A stretch of DNA of 64,000 bases from the human T2T-CHM13v2.0 reference genome, Homo sapiens. This document shows positions 16,080 through 31,272 of the stretch, one piece after another (the first letter of the stretch is position 1; each line of letters opens with the position of its first letter). The stretch is taken from assembly GCF_009914755.1 (NCBI RefSeq), contig NC_060931.1; one strand, written 5' to 3'. The notes beneath the pieces were generated by a model that had not been told where the DNA came from, ran no database searches, and saw only the letters and a list, made by a program, of their open reading frames with translations. The translations under genes were made by a program, and so were the position numbers.

Positions 16080-18429
16080 AGATGTGAAGTTTTGTTTCTG
16101 TCATATTGTTCATTGTTTTCTGGTTGTTTTGTATATTCTTCATTCCTTTCTTTTTCTTTTATTGTTTGTCATTGTGGTTTGGTAGTTTTGTATGGTGGTA
16201 CTGTGTGAGTTCTTTCTCTTCCTCATTTGTGTGTTTGTTTTACCAGTGAGTTTTATACTTCGTTGTGTTGTTGTGATGGTAAATGCTGTCTTTTTCTTCC
16301 AGGTTTAGGACTGCCTTGAGCATTTCTTGGAGGACCAGTTAAGTGGTGATGAATTTTCTCAGCTTTTGCTTCTTTGGGAAAGACTTTTTTATTTCTCCTT
16401 CATTTATGAAGGATAATTTGCTGGAAATAGATCCTTTGTTGGCAATATATATATTTTTTTCTTAGCCCTTTGAATATATCATCTCATTCTTTCCTGGCAG
16501 AAAGGCTTCTACTGAGAAATTCACTGTTAGTCTGATGGGGGTTCCTTTAAAGGTGACTATATGTTTTTTCTTGCTGTTTTTAGAATTCTTTCTGTGTATT
16601 TTACTGTAGACATTTTGACTGTAATGTTTCATGAAAACTTTTTTGCATTGTATCTGTTTGGGGATCTCAGAGCCTGTTGTATCTAGATGCCTTAATCTCT
16701 TGCTAGATTTGGGAAGTTGTTATGTATTGTTATGTTGAATAAGTTTTCTAATCCTTTTGTTCTCTCTCTGCCTTCTGAGACCCCAGTAATTCAAAATTTG
16801 GCCACTTTATGGTGTTTCATATACTATGAAGAATTTGCCTATTCTTTTTTCTGTATTTTTGTTGGGCTGTGTTATTTCAATAGACTTGCTTTCAAGTTCT
16901 GAGATTCTTTCTTCTGCTTGATCTAGTCTATTTTTGTTGAAGCTTTTGAATATATTTTGTATTTCATTAAATGAATTCTTCAGTTTATGAATTTCTGGTT
17001 GGCTATTTTTTTATTATCTCTATCTTTGGCAAATTACTCATTCATATCCTGAATTGTTTTTCTGATTTCTTTGTAATTTTTCAGAAATTTCTTGTATTCC
17101 ACTGAGCTTCTTTAATATTCAAATTTTGAATTCTTTTCCCATGATTTCATTCATTTGTTTTTTATTGTAATCTATCGCTGGAGAGTTATTCTGTTCCTTT
17201 GGAGGTGTATATTTCCTTGATTTTTCATGTTTCTTGTGTTCTTACATTGATATTGACATATCTGAAATAATATTAGTTTCTTCCAACTTGTTGAATTTGC
17301 TTTTATAAAGGAAAACTTTCTTGAAGATGTATCTATGGTGTTTGTTGGGTAGAATGTTTTGGGTTTGATTCTGGGTGCATGCAGTAGTGTAGCTTTCAAC
17401 AGCATCAGTGGTATCTGTGATCTCCTTGGTGGCTTAGGGTACAGCTGGAAACTGTGGTGAAGTTCTGCTGGGGACTGGGAAGCCAAGTAGGCCAGTTTTC
17501 CAGCACCATTGGTACCAGTGTTGGGCTGAGCATGCCTGTTCTTGGGCACCGGGGGGCAGTGTAAACTGGCACTAGTATTAGTGGGTACAGTCAGGCTAAC
17601 CCTTGGGCCTTCTGGAAGCTTACTCATATGCTGGTAGTGGCAACTTTGGGCAAGGTGGGTGGCAGGTTCTTGGACCTCTAGGCAACCAGTATGGCATGGG
17701 CAAAGGTAGAGTCAGTGGCAGAACAATCCTCTGGGTCTTGAGAAGTATGTGCTGGTGTTGGTGGTGGCTGCAATGGGCTGCATGGGCCAGTCTTTAGGCT
17801 TGCAGGCGGCACATGCAGATAAGTGCCAGTTGTGGTATTCTCATTTTGGTGAGTAGGCCCCTGGGAGGAGTGTTTAGGTTCCGATGGTGGTGAACCAAGT
17901 TGGGAAATCCCCTGGCCCCTAGACTATGTGCTCTTTTATGGAGAGGGGGTAAATCTGGGTCAGATGAGCTTGTCCTCAGGCCTCCAGTGGCGTGTGGAGG
18001 AGCCACCCAAGGTACAAAGGGGTTGGGTGATCCGCAGGCCACTGGTGGAATGCTTGCATTGGGGGAAGAAACAACTGTGCTGTTATCCTGCCACTGGGGA
18101 GGGTAGTTCTGCCTTCATTGGCAACAGCATAGGCCAATGGATGGGGAATGTGTGCACCACTTGCACCTCAGTCCCAGCAGCACTGCACCTTAGCCCCAGG
18201 TGTGATAGCCCAGGGTCACTCACGCCTAGATCTTGGGGACACAGCCTGCACTTCTCTTGAGCCCCAGCTCCAGCACTGCTGGACTCCAAGACAGCATATA
18301 GTTTGTTGGGCCTCTACTATTTCTTGATCCATGACATTGATAAAAATTAAAAACAACTTGGATAGGACACATGGTCTAGACTCACAGCATATTCCAAGAA
18401 ATCTCTCACCAGGTTCAAACAAAGTCATT

Positions 18430-19445
18430 AATTTCTTCATTAATTTAACAAATATTGAGCCATTACCTATGTGCCAGGTATCAATTTAGATACTGGGGAT
18501 ATAGCAGTGAACAGCACAGATAAAGTATTTGATCTATGAAGTTTCTATTTTAGTGGGTAAAAACAGTCAATAAACAAAATATACAAATAAATATGTCAAG
18601 TGACGATAAGTGCCATGAAGAGAAAGAAAGTAGGATAAAGAGAGACATGGGAATGCCACACTATTTTATTTGGGATGGTTAATGACTATTTCTATGAAAA
18701 GGTAATATTTGAGCAAAGAACTGAAGGAGTGAGATATATGTGGGGAAACCATATTCCAAACAGAGGGTACAGCAAGTGCAAAGTCACTGAGGAAGTGTCA
18801 TGCTTGAAATTTGAAAGGATTGCAGCTGGGGAGGGGAATGGTAGAGATGAGTTTAGAGAAGCAGCAGTGTCCAGGCCGCAGATTCTTCTACAAGCCATGG
18901 AAATGACAGATTTTACACTGAGAGAGAAGGGAGCTATTGGAAGTGTTCTGCAGCTGAGTTATATGACTTGACTTACACTTTAAAAGAATCATTCTGACTG
19001 CTGTGGGGAGAACAGACTATGGGGGGTAATATGGTAGCAGGAAGATCAATTAAGAAACTCTTGCAAAAGTCCAAGCAAAGGATGATGGTGACCTGGATTA
19101 GGGAGATAACAATACAGAGGTAGAGAAGATATTAAGTTCTCTACGTACTTAGAAGGAAAAGCTGACCAATTTTCCTGATAAATTGTATGGACTGCAAAAG
19201 GACAGAAGCCAACCCCTATTCTCTATCGTTCCATTTTATATGTTTTTATAGCTTTTGTTACCATTTATAATTATATTATGTATTTTTTGCCCACTTATTG
19301 ATTGTCTTCCTTAACCAGTAAAGTAGTATTCCACGATATCAGAAACTTCACCTATCTCATTCACAACCAAATTTCAGCACCTAGAAGAGTACCTGGTACA
19401 CAGCAGGTGCTCAATAAGTATTTGTTTGTATGGATGAGTGAAAAG
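18430..19445. mobile_element. L2 fragments in both orientations
   Basis: L2 3'-end motifs TTCATT..AACAAATATTGAG..CTATGTGCCAGG (minus) and CCTGGTACACAGCAGGTGCTCAATAAGTATTTG (plus). Confidence 0.7.
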
Positions 19446-22400
19446 AAAGGGATTTGGCATCTATGATGAGCCCTTAATATATTTCTACCCTTCCCACTCT
19501 AATCCTACTTCTGGGAATCTATTTTGAAGAAATTTCACAAAGGCAAAAACTTATCCCAATAGATACTCATCAAAGCAACCTATTCTTACAGTGGAAAATT
19601 AAGCACATTCTAACAGTTCAATAGGAGGAGAATTTGGGACACTTCCCAAAAGGTTCAAAGAAGACATTGCCCACTTTTGGGACAGGATGGTCAATGGTTA
19701 GAAACAGTCTGCTCTGCCAGGGCTTAAGCACCCAGAGATCAGTAGACTCATGGGCACTGGGTTATGCCAGCTAGATGGCAGGGTTATGTTAATTCATTTC
19801 AAACCATGCATTCTAATTACAAACTCTTAAAATCTCAAGGGTTTAATTTAAAAAGTTTTACAGCAGGCTTTGTACCAGTTCCTGGGGCCTCATTATTGTC
19901 AGCTCTCCTCACCACAGGCCTATGTGGCGGGAGTTTAGGGAAAAGAGAGAGAAGACTATGGGGAAAAGAGGGGAAAGAGAAGCGTATATGATTGAAAAGC
20001 CCAAAGGAAAGTGGGAGTAGAAGTTTAATTAAAACACAGCTGGGCAGTTTGCATCAGTGAGTTTAACCCTGAGAAGGAAAACAGGCTTAGGAAATGCCAT
20101 ATGAATGTGGGTATGCTTGCCCCCCAAAGAGCTAACATTTACAATAGACATTGCAGTACAGCCATGGCAGGTACTCAGCACCTTTCTGTGTGCAAGCATG
20201 AACATATTGAAATGTACAATTTTACTAATTAAAGACCCCCTTTAGTCTACTGACAGAGTATAAAAAATAAATAAAATATAACCCCATTTTTTTTCTCCCC
20301 AAAGATAGAATTATTTTTTAACTTGCACTGCAAAATTCTGAATTCTAGCACTCAATCTTAAGTATATTTACTCTCAAAGCAAAGAATTTCTGAACTGAAA
20401 GGTACTTAAGGCATTTTGACTCTTCATTTTTCAAATAAGGAAAACAATGCTCAGAGAGTATCTCAACATAGTAAAGAAAGGAAGAAGATGCTGTATCTTT
20501 CCTGATCTCTACTTAAGCTCTCTCTTCACTGTTCTGCACTATTTTCTAGTTATTTCTGGGATTATTTATTCAACAAACACTGAGCCTTCTAGTGCAATGC
20601 ACTGGTTAACCATGGGGAAAAGTGCACACAAAGATGAAACAGGAATAAATTCTATCTTCTGGAGTTGTATACTCTGGATGTAAATGTTCTTATATTCATT
20701 CTTTCTCTCTTTTCCTCTGCCTGCTTCTAAAAAGAACTTGAGGTGATCAAGCTTTAGACCATTATATATTTAAGATGCTGAAAAGATTTCATTCAACAAT
20801 GCTTTTTGCATCAATAATAATTTTATTCACTATTAGTCAGACATATTTTTTCTTCACTTTAAGTCCTCTCCTTGACTTTCTGTAAGTACCTTAGAAATTT
20901 CCAAGTAAGTGTCATTTGCTTTGCCTATTGAAGTCAAATTATGTTATGTGTTTGAATTACAACTTGAAGGGGGCTATGCTTTTAGTAGCTCATTTTTTGT
21001 GTTCAAATGCAAAAATTATTGAAATTATTCTATGCTTGTATTCTATGATTGCTTATTCTGAGTTCCATTTGCCTCTTCTTAAGAAATCATTGTTGTCTAG
21101 AGAATGAAAAAAGACAGGTCATATTAGTAAATCAATATTTATATTCAAGAAAAAGATCTAAAATATTTTTTAAAAGAACTATTCTCATATAAAAATAAAT
21201 CATCTCTGATAATATGTTTTCTAAAAGAGTTTGGCTTTTATGTTTATGCAAGACTGACTTCCTGCCAAGCCTTCACTCCAAGATATGTCACAGTGGAGGG
21301 TCCCAGTGTTTCCCCTTGTCACTTTATAGGATTAGTTCGGTCCACTGTCATTCGGCTAAAATGCCTTGTATCTCTGGTTAGTGTGAAGCCCATAACTAAG
21401 CCCAAGTATTGGTTCTTTAAACTTTATAAAGTGGCTCTTCCATTCACTCTCAGGTTGTACCATTCATCATACCTTCAATGGCTGGGGAAAACGTACTGTC
21501 TCTTTATGGTCTTTTTAATGCTCTGCAAAGTGATTTGTTAAAGGAAGGGTTTTGAAAGAAGTATTGTCCTTTTGGCTTAAAGTTTATAGTTTTTCAGCAC
21601 TTACTATAAAAGGAACACATCCACAACCACATTTTTTTTTCTACAGGTAAAGGAATGGAATGTTTAGTCTGAAAGCTTAGAAGGAAGATGAGGTGCAGCA
21701 TGAAGACAAAAGCAAAATCGGAAAGCTAAAACAGTAAGAAAGGAGACAAAAATCCGAGATGAATTGTAGCAAAGTGATATATTTATCATTATCCCAGAAT
21801 ATATAAATTTCTTTTTTTACCAGATTAAGTCTTTTGAAATGTTCCAAAAACATGAGAATCTAAAACTGATTCTCACTCTTGATTTCAACAACTAATATTT
21901 CATGAGTTTCTGCCTCCTCTTGGTGAATTTTTTCAAACTAACAGTTCCACATGGCACTTTTTCATCGCATGCAGGGATCACAACACAGGCACCTTTATCT
22001 TCACAATAAATGGATACTGAACTTTGAAAAATAATTTAGACCGTTGTGAGCCAAGTAGGACCCAATACAAACGGGAAAATGTAGGTACTATTTGGGCTTC
22101 CAGAAATTTCAAGAATTGGGTGGCATTCTTGGAGAAAAAGGCTCTCAGGTTATCCTGAGGATACCGCAGGTGTGTTTTATCTGGTGTATCACTCAGGGAT
22201 CTTGTTAGCAATCAACCAAAAGGAAAGCCTCGGTTAACTCTGCAAGGTAGGAATTTATTAGATGTGATTTGGATTGCTCTCATAATTGGTAGAGTATGTG
22301 GAGAAACAAACCTGACCACCAGGAACTAGGATCTGGATGTTCAGAAATACAGTCAAAATTACGCCACCAGAATTGGTTATAATGCTATTGCTATGGCCAC

Positions 22401-22899
22401 TGGCCACTGAATGCCACTAACAGAGTTAATTCCATACACTCACACCTTCCTAGTGTCATCTGCAGAAGATTCAATGGCCTCGTGGACTTGAACTGACTAC
22501 AGTCTAGCTACACGGGTTGAGGGGAAGGAATATATGTATTTGGCATTTTTAGCTAGTGCACTGGCTAAAAATAGGAAGGGCCTATCTTCCATTAAGAATC
22601 TGACTGTTTTAGGAGGCCCCCAGACAGAATTAGGATCCAAATGCTTGAGCAGCCAAAAAAGAAAAAGAAAACTAAAAATGCCCCCTTTTCTGGTTAAAAT
22701 TAAACTAAATCAAGTGAGTTGAGAGCAGATAGGCAGTCTGTATTATTCTAGTCAAATCTGCACTTTTTCATCCATAGAAAGTTTTGAACTATGAATTATT
22801 AATAATAAGCCTTTTGTTAATATAGGTACATCCCAGATACCAAAGATATATTCGGAAGTAAGGTGCCATTACTGGGGGAAAATCCCAGATATTTTGCTA

Positions 22900-23212
<313 letters not shown>

Positions 23213-25489
23213 ACCAAAATACTCTGAGCTAACCAAATTTCTTTAAAAGAAAAATATGCATTTTTTTACACATAAGTTTCTTAAAAGTCAAGCATAGAAC
23301 AAACTTCAAATCCAAATGAGTTGATAGAAAATTAGTTTGTCAGGCTGACTTATGGATCACATTCTATCCAAATGGTTTCTCTTGTAAACTACTTTATAAT
23401 TTTATGTAATATTAAATTTAGTTTACTTCCCCCCCTTTCCAACACATAAGTCATAATCTCTCTCCCCATACTGCATTATTTACATCAATGTAAAAATACT
23501 CTCTAGTATCTCATCACCTTAAAAAATAAGCTCTTCTCTGGGTCCTTTATCCCTCTAGTTATCCCTTGATTTCTCTGCTTCCTTATCAAGAACAATGATC
23601 AAAAGCATTTTGAACATGAGATTTCTCAAGTTCCTCACTTCCCTGATCTCCTCAACCCACCCTAGGTCGCTTTCCAACTCATCTGCCACGTTACCTTGTC
23701 AAGGTTACCAGTAGTCCCATGTGGATAGATTTCAAGGTTACTTTTTCATCTTTATTTATATGATTTTTCTATCAGCATTCAATAACATATGAATGTTGAC
23801 ATCTCGATCTCACTCCTTCCCACTCCCTCCCCCCAAAAAAACTTCTCTCCCACAGCTATGTGATGCTATAATAAGCTTGAGCTTTCCTCTTATCTCATGG
23901 AGCTAGTCTTCCAAATCTCTCTCTCTCTCTTTTTTTTTTTTTTTTTTTTTTTGCCTCAAACTGTTGGTTTGCAGCATTCTCAATGTTCTTTTTCTGAGAT
24001 TTCAATTTGGCCTAAAGCTTTGAATACCATCTATTTTCTGATGACTTCTAAATTTATATTTGCAGACCTGACCTCTGCTCTGAAGTCTAGATTCATCTAT
24101 TAAACTGCCTATCTAATATCTTCTCTTCATTCTGTACCCCAAACCTCTAAAGTCTAGACTCATATCTCAAACTGTCTAGCTATTTTCTCTTCATCCCGTA
24201 CCCTCATTTTCCATTATCTCAGTTAAAGTTCTGAAAAACACTGATGGCTCAAGCCAAAAGCCTAGGTATCATCCTTGATCTTTGTTTACCTGTCCCTATC
24301 ACATCCAATTCATCAACTAAGTCTATTAGATCCACCCTCAAATTATAAAGGATCATATTTTCCAAATATTATGACTTTTATTTATTTCTGTCCAGTTTAT
24401 TTTTCTTGTCTTAATGCACTGATAAGGACCTCTATGAGTATGTTGAAGGTAACACTGAGAGTGAACATTCTTTTGTTTGTGAATTTAATGTGAATGCATC
24501 TGACTTTTTACAGCTGAGTATAATGCTTGCCGAAGGTTTCTGGTAGATATACTACTTCTTATAGGAAGTTTATTTCTATTTTACTATGCTGCTAATGTTT
24601 AACCATCATCGGGACTTGGATTTTTTCAATTTATTTTTTGGCATGAGCATAAATTTTTTTTTCTTGTAATCTGTGAATTCAGAGAACGAATAGATGTATT
24701 AGGAATACATTATCCTTGCATTCCTGAGACTTATCTGTTTCCCCCATCTGCTCCCTCTGGACTTGCAAGACCTCTTGTGGTCATTCTTGTTCTTTGCAGC
24801 ACTTTGTTCTGGGCGAGTTCTTGGTTTTCTTTTACCATGTGATACCATCTCTCTAGATCTTTTACGGGGAGCCTGCCTTCTGTTTTTTTAAAGCTGTGTT
24901 AGAGTTTTAGAAAAGATCTGTCTTTCTAGTAATGGACGGCGAAGTTGAAGAGGCTGGAGCCTGTGCTTTGGGTGCCATCTTGAGGAGAGTCAGGAAAAGA
25001 CTCGAGTTATATAAAGACACTTGGGGATCTTCCAATTTAGAGGAATGCCCTTGATCCAGAGTGTAGTGACAAAGCAGGACAAGGTGAGGTGATAATTCAG
25101 AGAAAAGTGTCTCCAAAATTAATGTTGGCTGAGTTCAAGTGAGGAGAGAGAAGAAACAGGCATGGTAAGAGATGAAGACAAGGACCGTACAATGTCAAGG
25201 GCCAAGAAATTTAATTAAAAGCTAATTATTTCCTCTGAAAGTTTTCATCATTGTCCCCCACAAAAATATTGCTAAAAATATTCCCATAAGTTCTGATTCT
25301 TGCATGTATAAATGGGGAAAAGGGGACCATTGCAAAGTTTCCTCTTATTCAATCTGATGACCAATATCACCCAAAGTTTTATAGCTGGTTACAAGACAGA
25401 AAAAAATTGGGGAGATATTAAAGTCATATTGCAACTTCTTTCTAGAATAATAAAAGGATTTCTTTGATTTCAGTAAATATCATAGGCCT

Positions 25490-25850
25490 CTGTAGGAGTT
25501 TGGTCTGGTTTTCCTTTCTGCTCTAACAAGACAGCACTGAGTTCAATGCCTCACAATTGCTGTATTCTTCCTTCCCCAGCACCTAGAGACGCTCTCTGCA
25601 CCACGCCATGATTGCTGAAGGGTGCAGGAGGGGTGGCATACTTGATTTAGGACTGTTTTTTTTCTATCTCTTCAGTGCTTGTTTCAGCCATATGAAGTTA
25701 AAACCAGGTACTATGAGGGCTCACCGGATTTTTGGTTCGTATGAAGGTATTTTTTCTGTGTAGATAGTTGTTAACCTGGTGTCCTTGTGGTGGCAGGGCA
25801 GACTATCAGTGGAGCCTTCTATTCCGCTATCTTGCTTTGCCTCCTCCCCT
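25490..25850 (-). mobile_element. Isolated L1M 5'UTR start fragment
   Basis: Minus strand begins GAGGGGAGGAGGCAAAGCAAGATAGCGGAATAGAAGGCTCCA, typical of an L1MA/L1M1 5' end. Confidence 0.6.
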
Positions 25851-25882
25851 CTGGAAAACTAATTTTTAAAAAATCAATTCTC

Positions 25883-26182
<300 letters not shown>

Positions 26183-26189
26183 TCAAGTC

Positions 26190-27720
26190 TCCACTAATTG
26201 ATGTATATTCTTAAAAAATTACTTAGAATCAAAATCTCAATAGGGTTTTTCATTATTGTAGTTGTTTACTCACTTGTTTTAGTGGAATGCAACAAGCTGG
26301 TTTAAAAATTTAAATGGAAGCACAAACAACCAAGAATAATTGTGTGTTCTTGACAAAAACTAAGGTAGAATAATTAGCAAGATTTATTATGAAGATATTA
26401 CAATAGTATAGCATTGGCATAGAGATGAAGAAAAAAAATAGAAAAGAATAGAGAGCCTGCAAAGAGATCCACACAGATCCAGACTTTTGGCCCCGTAGAT
26501 GAGGCAGAAAGAGTGAACCTTTCAATGAACAGTGCTATAATTAGGAATCCATATTTTAAAAAAACTACAGTTGTATTCCTAGTTCACTATGCCCAAAACT
26601 CATTTAAACAAAAATTTATACAACTCTTTGAAGATAATATAGAAAAATCTCTTTGTGGAATTTGGGTAAACAATTTTTTTTACTCATGGTACAAATAGTA
26701 TTAATCATAAAAAAGATTAATAACTTTGACTACTTTAAAATTAAGAAGTTGTGTTTATTAAAATACACCACAAGAAGAGTGAAAATTGGCCCAGAGTGGG
26801 AAAAGCTGTTGGCCACACATGTAACTGACCAAGTTCATATATCTAAAACATTGTGACATACAGAAAATCCGATAGAAAAATACACAAGAAAATGGAATGA
26901 GCACTTCAAAATAAAAGCAAAAATCAAATGTTTAGTTAATATATGCAAAGCTGCTTAACATCATTAGTAATGAGGAAAATGCAAATTAAAACCACAATAA
27001 TATATTACTATGCACTCATCACTTTGGAAAAAAAAAGTATCTCATAATATCAAGTGTTCCTAAGGATCTAGAGCAATGGAAACTCATATACTCTAAGTGA
27101 TATGATTTTGACTTGTCTTTATCTACAGCTTGGTTTTATCTAAGAAGGTTGAAGCTATGCATATTCTACGATACAGCAATTCCTTTCCTAGGGTATGCCA
27201 GAGAAACTCTCGCACAGATATACATGTAAAGGATGTTTGTAGTATCAGATAGGCCCCAAATAAAAACAATCAAAAACCAATCAGCAGCAAAATAGATTAA
27301 CTGATTGTATTATAGTTATATAATTGAGTATTAGGCAGAAAGAAAAATGAAGTAGAGCTACACAAATCAACACAGACGATGTCACAATATTGCACTAAAG
27401 AAGCAAGCCATAAAAGATTACATAAAATATAACTTTCTTGTATTCTTATACAGTTTAAAACAAGTTAAAACTAAACTATGTAGTTTAAGTTTGTGCACAT
27501 AGGTAGTAAAACTAAAGGAGCAAAAGGAATGATCACAGAAGTCAGATTAGTGTTCCATCTGGTGGTAGGAGAGGGACAATGAACTTGGAGGAACATATGG
27601 AGGACTTCAATTATTGGCAACATTCTATTTCTTAATCTGTTGCTGATCTGATTGTTCCCTTTATAATTATTATTTAAATTGTACATATGCTTTTAGATAC
27701 ATTTTTTGTGAGCAGGTAAT
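26190..27720 (+). mobile_element. Old L1ME-like 3' region
   Basis: GAAAATGCAAATTAAAACCACAAT, CAGCAATTCCTTTCCTAGGGTAT and other L1 ORF2-end/3'UTR motifs. Confidence 0.65.
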
Positions 27721-28911
27721 AGAAACTAAACTGAAACAAGTAGAAGCAAAAAAAAAAAAAAAAAAAAAGCAGTTTATTGATTAAGGAAACAAAAATGTCT
27801 AGATGTTGACCTGGAGCTTTAATCAGTACTATATCTAGATTCTTTAACAATATCCCTAGGGGTATCGCTCTTTGCCTTTGATTTGTCATTTATGTGTGTG
27901 TGTATGGTAGGGGTGGGGGTGGGTGGTGATGGTGCTTATTGTCCATCAAGCTCTCTTTGTGTGAAGATAATATTACAAGGCAATTCCAGGCTTAAATGGT
28001 TTGTAGAAATCATTATCTCAGAAAGAAAGAAATTATTTCTCCATTAATGCCTTTATCACTCATCTGGACACTGACTGGCTATACTTAGGTCGTTTGAACA
28101 TTCATAGTCAAGTCTTGAGGTCCAGGGCATGGAATGCTAAGACTGGCCATCTGTAGTCACACCTACTCTGATGATGAGAATGGTGGGGTCCCTTGGTTGT
28201 CATCCCCATTTCAATCAGAGAGAAAGTAAAGGCAGCTCTCAGAATAAAGATTCATAGAACAGATGAAAAAGCAAAAAAGGCCACTAAAGGAAAGTGAATT
28301 TATATATATATTTTTTCACTTTAAGCATATCTTGGGCTCTTGCAATTAGGAAAAGAATAGCTATGATGCTATGTTCTCTCAGTTAAGGACACTGGTTCTG
28401 GAATTCAATGATCTGTTTCACATTCTTGCTCTACCACTTATTCGTTTTTCATTTTGAAATTTAGTTTTCTTCACGTGTCGCTGAAGATTAATTATGAGTA
28501 TGTGGCTTAGTAATGCGCATTCATCATGGACTTGCAGTGACACTGATCCTTCAGCACAGAATATCCTGGCACACGTTCCTGACCAAAAAGCAGCCATTTG
28601 TGGGGCACAAGCCAATATTTATTGCATATTCTTGCCTTGGTCTATCTTTCTGATACTAACACCAAATTTTCTAGGATAGAAGACTTCTTACTCTCAGGAA
28701 GTAGTTTGTTTCTCAAAGAGAAAACATGGGGTGTTCAGTTGGCTGTGTGGCTGCTCCCATCTGTAGAGGTGAGGTGGATGTACGTAGTCTTCTATGCTGA
28801 CAGAATAATTCAAAAGAATGCTTTGAAGGTAAATATATAAATCAGTACACTCCCCCAACTCAATACCTTCATGAAATGTATCTTCATGAAGTCTGCCTAT
28901 TACATTAAAGC

Positions 28912-29217
<306 letters not shown>

Positions 29218-29252
29218 TAATTTCCAGGAAGACACTCCGACTTGAAGCAGAG

Positions 29253-29625
29253 TGATATAGTTTGGATACGTCCCCACCAAATCTAATGTTAAATTATAAT
29301 CCCCAATGTTGGAAGTAGGGCCTAATGGTAGGTGTTTGGGTCATGGAGGTGGATTGCTCATGGCTTGGTGCTATCCTCACCATAGTAAGTGAGTTCTCAG
29401 AGATCTGGTCATTTATAAATGTGTGTAGCACTTCCCCCTGACTCTCTCTTTCTTGCTTTTGCTCTGCCTTGTGAGATGTCTGTCTGCTCCCACTTTGACT
29501 TCTGCCATGAGTAAAACCTTCCTGAGGCCTCATCAGAGGCTGAGGAGATGCTCCCTGTACAGTTTGCAGAACCATAAGCCAATTCAACTTCTTTTCATTG
29601 TAAATTACCAGTATCAGGTATTTCC
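29253..29625 (+). mobile_element. MST-family MaLR LTR
   Basis: Starts TGATATAGTTTGGATACGTCCCCACCAAATCT; ends near AAATTACCAGTATCAGGTATTTC. Confidence 0.85.
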
Positions 29626-29708
29626 TTCTTCCTTTCTTTTCTTTGTTTTTGTGGGCGGAGTGGGGAGGTGGGACAAGGTGCTGATTTTAAAAGATAAACA
29701 GGAGTTTT

Positions 29709-29817
29709 CCTGTTATAGAAAGAAGGCAAAACCATTTCAGGAAACCCTGTTATAGAAAGAAGGCAAAACCATTTCAGGAAACCCTGTTATAGAAAGAGGG
29801 CAAAACCATTTCAGGAA
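29709..29817. repeat. 37-bp tandem repeat, about 3 copies
   Basis: CCTGTTATAGAAAGAAGGCAAAACCATTTCAGGAAAC repeats with period 37 (TGTTATAG at 29711, 29748, 29785). Confidence 0.95.
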
Positions 29818-30889
29818 GAAAGAGTAGTATTTGTAAATGCACAGAAATATGAACTGTGGTGAAATGTTCTGAAAACGATCATCAGTTTGGAATTGCAGGA
29901 GAAGGGGTGCAAAGATGGGAACCTGGAACTTGAGGCAGGAGGTGAAGGCAGACCCAGATGATGAGAAGGTTGGCAACAGGAATTTACTGAAGGATTCTAC
30001 CTGAAGGCAACAGGAATTTACTGAAAGGTTTTAAGCTGAAATTTATGGTTAATTTGGCAGTATTCTGGGAGACAGCTCAGTTGGGATTGTGGCTAGAGGT
30101 AGGGAAACTAGTGAGGAGGCTTCTGGAACAGTCCAGGTGAGAGGTGCTGAGGACTTGAACTTTGACCGTGGGGATAAGAATGGAGGCTGAGGAGTTAGGG
30201 AGGTGTTTGCCTGGTGTGGACTCAAGTCTCAGACTGCAGAGCAATGGACGTCCACACAGAAGGCAGTGAAGAGAGTCTATTTCCAGGGGCTTTGAAATGA
30301 GCTTGAATGTCAGACTTCTGGCTGACACTATGACTGTCTCATGCAGACCTTCAGACAGATTACTTACTAATAAGGAAAATGGTATAGTCTGAAAGTAATC
30401 TCAGGCTCTTTGGAATTATGAAGACAGGGCAAAAGTCAAGAGATGGTATGTTTTTGTGCCAAAGACATGGAGGTCTAATGCTGAACCTGAGTTTCAGGTC
30501 TGCCCTTTCTAATCAATTATAAGGTGAACTTCAAACTGTTTATGTCTTTTAACCTCAAGGTTCTGCATCTGCCAAATGGGGGACCGGATAATACTTCCTC
30601 CAATCTATTTCACAGCTAGCAAGAAAATACTTGTAAGCCATACTTCACATTCCTGACCAAGTCTCTTCCCTCATGAAATAAAATCATTAAGAAATTTTTA
30701 GTAATATTTTAATTATCATATTTTAATTAAAAATTTAAGTATAGAAAGAAGACTGTATAGCTCTACATTAAAAACACATTAGTACATGACTTGGCTACTT
30801 GACACCAAAGTAGCTGGTGTCACATTCACCCTCCCACGATAAAAAACTATACAATCTGGACAAAATATAGAAAAAAAATTCTTGGCAGT

Positions 30890-31272
30890 TGTATTAGTCT
30901 GTTCTCATGCTGCTAATAAAGACATACCCAAGACTAGGGAATTTATAAAAGAAAGAGGTTTAGTGGACTCACAGTTCCACATGGCTGGGGAGAACTCACA
31001 ATCATGATAGAAGGCAAAGGAAAAGCAAAGGCACATCTTACATGGCAGACAAGAGAGAGGGCATGTGCTGGGGAGCTCCCCTTTGTAAAACCATCAGATC
31101 TCGTGAGACTTATTCACTATCACAAGAACAGCATGGGAAAGACCCACCCCCATGACTCAATTACCTCTCACCAGGTCCTCAGCATGGTTCAGGTGGGCAA
31201 GGCTACACGTGGGAATTATGGGAGCTACAATTCAAGATGGGATCTGGGTAAGGACACAGCCAAACCATATCA
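30890..31272 (-). mobile_element. THE1 MaLR solo LTR
   Basis: TGTATTAGTCTGTTCTCATGCTGCTAATAAAGACATACCC...CAGCCAAACCATATCA; 5-bp TSD GCAGT/GCAGG. Confidence 0.92.

Noticed and set aside
28320-28900. Apparently unique stretch with short ORFs on both strands and TAAT motifs
   Set aside because: No recognisable protein similarity or convincing exon structure; motif density is not compelling.
29709-29817. 37-bp direct repeats of CRISPR-like length
   Set aside because: Head-to-tail with no spacers, in eukaryotic DNA; a simple minisatellite.
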